From assembly GCF_006345805.1 (NCBI RefSeq), contig NC_043005.1:91574001-91638000 (forward strand): 64,000 bases of DNA, written 5' to 3'. Made by a program: the position numbers and the translations under genes. The notes under the pieces were generated by a model. It did no database searches, had not been told where the DNA came from, and was given only the letters and a program-made list of their open reading frames with translations. Source of the stretch: Octopus sinensis (lineage: Eukaryota). Position 1 is the stretch's first letter, and each line of letters starts with the position of its first letter. Shown here one piece after another: positions 60,841-64,000 of this stretch.

Positions 60841-61149
60841 CAAAAGACTAAAAAGGATATTGTGACGTTCATAATTTCATCAAAGTTAGTAGCGACACAA
60901 ACAAATGGATAGCACTGGGCCCGACAAAAACCAGGAGTTTAGCACTTCTCTGTAAGACATTTGTATTACTCCTTTTAAAATTACACGAATTTTGTGTTGA
61001 TTCTTAATTAATTATAATATAGGTTTAACTTAGTTGATAATAATAATCAAATAGCTGGACCCGTGAAAAATTCACGGAAAACATAAAAAATGTAAGTATT
61101 TGTAAACAGTGTAGTGGTACCAAGAGAAATGTTTGTATATTATGACCGT

Positions 61150-61300
61150 CTGTCTTTACGTTCTGAGTTCAAATTCTGCGCGGTCGACTTTGCCTTTCGT
61201 CCTTTCGGGGTCGATAAATTAAGTACCAGTTGTGTACTGGGGTCGATCTAATCAATTGCCCCCCCCCCTCCCCACAAAAAATTCAGGCCTAGAAAAGTAT
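61150..61300 (+). mobile_element. SINE A, headless (tail 2)
   Basis: GTCTTTACGTTCTGAGTTCAAATTCTGCGCGGTCGACTTTGCC. Confidence 0.8.
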
Positions 61301-61677
61301 ATTGTGACAGTTACAGAATATAGAAAGTAATGTAACACCAATGACTATTATTATCCAGCCAAAATATCTCAGTTACACAAACGTAAACGGAATTACTATT
61401 TAACCTCAAAATACATCATAACATATTCAAAGAACCTTCTTGGTTTAGTGGTACGGAACGTTTTTTCTGGTATTCTTTTATTCTTTTACTTGTTTCAGTC
61501 ATTTGACAATGGCCATGCTGGAGCGCCACCCTTTAGTCGAAGAAATTGTTTATATTTAGTTAATTTACACTGCATACAAAAATATAGACACACTACATAC
61601 AACTACTTACAAAAATAGAGATTAGTGTATATATTTTTCTATGTTCATAATTTTTTGTTTAAAATATTGAAAAAACT

Positions 61678-62276
61678 ATGCCACCAAAGAAAAAACGTTA
61701 TCTCTCAGGAAAAGGAGGAGTGCAGAGAATCGAAGGCGAGAGTCTCATGAGAAAAGGGACACGAGACTTTCTCCACATCAGCAAAGGCACGACACATGGA
61801 GTCTCAATACAGAAGGGACAAGACATTTTCCAAAGATCATCAGCCTCATGTTGCAGCACGTCAAATAGCGTCTCAAGAGTGAAGGGAGAAGAGACTTCCC
61901 CCAAGATCAGCAAAAGCTTGCTGCAGCATGTCTGATGGAGTCTCAAGACAGAAAGGAGATGAGGCTTTCTTAAGATCAGCAAAGGCATGCTGCGGCACTT
62001 AATGCTGAATCAGTGAAACAACGGTTAGCACGCCAGATTACACACAGGTCCAATAGAATAAGCTCTCAGAAACAGACATGAACAAAGTCGTTCTTCACAA
62101 CCACCTGGAGCTGCTTTCAGATACGACCCATCACATTCTTTTAAAAATGATAACTCTGTTCAAATTGGTGTGCTAAACTCAAATTGTTGTTTATGCAAAG
62201 CTGTAAAGTTTACTCCACAAATGTTTTGTCGTCGATGCTGCACCTGTTTCTCGTATCACCTGTTTCAACATGACTG

Positions 62277-62313
<37 letters not shown>

Positions 62314-62357
62314 AACTATGCGGTTTAATCCCGAGCAACGCCGGGTGTCTCTGCTGG
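61678..62357 (+). pseudogene. Helitron-like relic: MPPKKK start, 69-bp (23-aa, STPR-like) coding repeats, Helitron-type 3' end
   Basis: Units at 61740, 61799, 61868, 61938 and 62007 encode ESQxRRExRLxxDQQRHAAAR-type repeats; CCCGAGCAACGCCGGG...CTGCTGG|T at about 62330-62357. Confidence 0.55.
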
Positions 62358-62390
<33 letters not shown>

Positions 62391-62803
62391 AGTTCATAGA
62401 AGAGAATCAGATATTCCTAGTATAGAGTACACTTAGTATTGCTCAAGGGGTTTAAACTTGAGCGGGTAGAGAAGTAAAACTAAGACCACCTTCCTAACTC
62501 GCTTATCCTTACATTTATACATACATACATGCATACATACATACATACATACATACATACATACATACATACATACATACATACATACATGTATGCATGC
62601 ATATGTTTTGCTTCAGCATTGCGAACGCAATAAACGTATGTTTCTGAACGCAGTGTTAGATGAGTAGAGAGCAGTAATAACAAAAAGAGATGACACAAGA
62701 AAAGCAATGGCTATATTATGATCTTCATTAGCTTACACCTGTTTGTGCTATAAGATGCAGCGGGCTCTTAGCAATATACAGGGAAAGCATTGCTTTCCAT
62801 GTA

Positions 62804-64000
62804 CAGTGATACCTCGCAGTACGAGTCTATTTCGTTCCATGACCGTGCTCGTTTTACGCTTTACTCGTTTTACAAATCAATTTTCCCCATTCAAATTTTC
62901 ATTTTTTATGGGTTTTAAAACAGAAAAAGTGCAGATATAAGGAAAATGACAATTATAAAAACATAATAAAAGAGAATGCAAAAGAAATATGTAAACTGGT
63001 TTTATCAATTTAATTACCTTAAAGATGGGACGATGTGTGCGCGAGGAAGACGATGGAGCGGAGAGGAGGAGGAAGATTATTGTTTGGAAGGAAAATCTCC
63101 TTCCATTAAGACTTCAGGAAGAACAATTTCTAGCGTTTTCTCTCTCACTTCGCCTAATTTAGGCTTTTTGAACACACTTTCTTCACTTTTCACACTTACA
63201 GGTCGTTTCATTAGAAACATATCAAGAGAAGTCTGCTTTTTCCCGCGTTTCAAAATGTTACGAAAATGCGCCAGAGCAATTAAATAAAGCAGCTGCACGA
63301 CTTGTAGATACTTTTTCAGGATATTTTTCTACAAATTCAGAAACATACTACCACTAAGCCAAACACTACCTTTATGTCACTCGTAGAGATAGCCTTCTCC
63401 GCTACACTGTCCTCCTCCGGGGAACTAATCTCTTCCACCGCATCCGAACACTGCTGCTCCCGAAGCAGCAAGAGTTGATCTGTTGTCAGCTTCTCTGAGT
63501 GATCCTCGACGATATCGTTAATGTCCCCATTGTCAACGTCGAGGCCCATGGATTTACCAAGAGACACTGTCTTTTCGACTGCAGGTGTCTCAGACTCAAA
63601 GCCCTCGAAGTCTGTTTCGGATACACAGTCAGGCCAGTTTCCTCCATGAAGAATTCAGCGTTCTCCTCGTGACACCCTGTCAGGCCATATCGATGATTTT
63701 CAGGCAGATAACAACGTTGTAGTGCTCCTTCCAAAATTTATGAATTTGTATTTTTGGTGACTTCAAAGCAACGACAAAAGAGGTGTTTGGTGTATAATTT
63801 CTTAAAATTAGAAATCACCTGTTGGTCCATGGACTGCAAGAGAGGGGTGGTGTTGCGTGAAAGGTATAGAATTTTTATAAATTTAAATTTGTCCAGGATA
63901 TCGTCTTCGAAGTTAGGAGGGTGAGCAGGAGCATTGCCGAGGATAAGGAGGGCCTTGAGAGGAAGATCGTTCTCCAGAAGGTACTTTTTCACTGATGGTT
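62804..64000 (-). mobile_element. Tigger (pogo) transposon 3' part, disabled; runs off the window
   Basis: TA|CAGTGATACCTCG terminus; LENDLPLKALLIL(G)NAPAHP..QSMDQQVISNFKKLYTK (second catalytic D reads G) and KRGKKQTSLDMF C-terminus. Confidence 0.88.

Overview
This is AT-rich eukaryotic DNA, most likely from an octopus or other coleoid cephalopod; that assignment rests on my recollection of the dominant tRNA-derived SINE families and is unverified. I could not support any intact host protein-coding gene. Most long ORFs in the track are translations of (TA)n, (TG)n or (TATG)n microsatellites, and the rest are transposon relics. The window is a dense mosaic of three SINE families, non-LTR retrotransposon fragments (RTE, CR1, Tx1/L1, R4/Dong, two Penelope-like), DNA transposon relics (pogo Passer-type DD35D, Tigger, two hAT, Helitron-type), solo-LTR-like inserts, fold-back MITEs, one tRNA-Phe pseudogene and a 100-N gap. 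Best leads: (1) a well-formed type I hammerhead ribozyme at 26304-26362 inside a non-coding inverted-repeat element, plus several more minimal or decayed hammerhead-like motifs in other microsatellite-flanked repeats; (2) a Tx1/L1-type LINE whose 3' end is shared with one tail variant of the main SINE, suggesting a SINE/LINE partner pair; (3) an R4/Dong-type LINE inserted in (TAA)n; (4) a perfect 106-bp duplication that copies a complete putative 39-nt micro-exon cassette. The broad classes are already described in the literature; novelty could only lie at the family or locus level and needs database checks I could not run. All alignments and folds were done by eye, and coordinates of decayed repeats are approximate.
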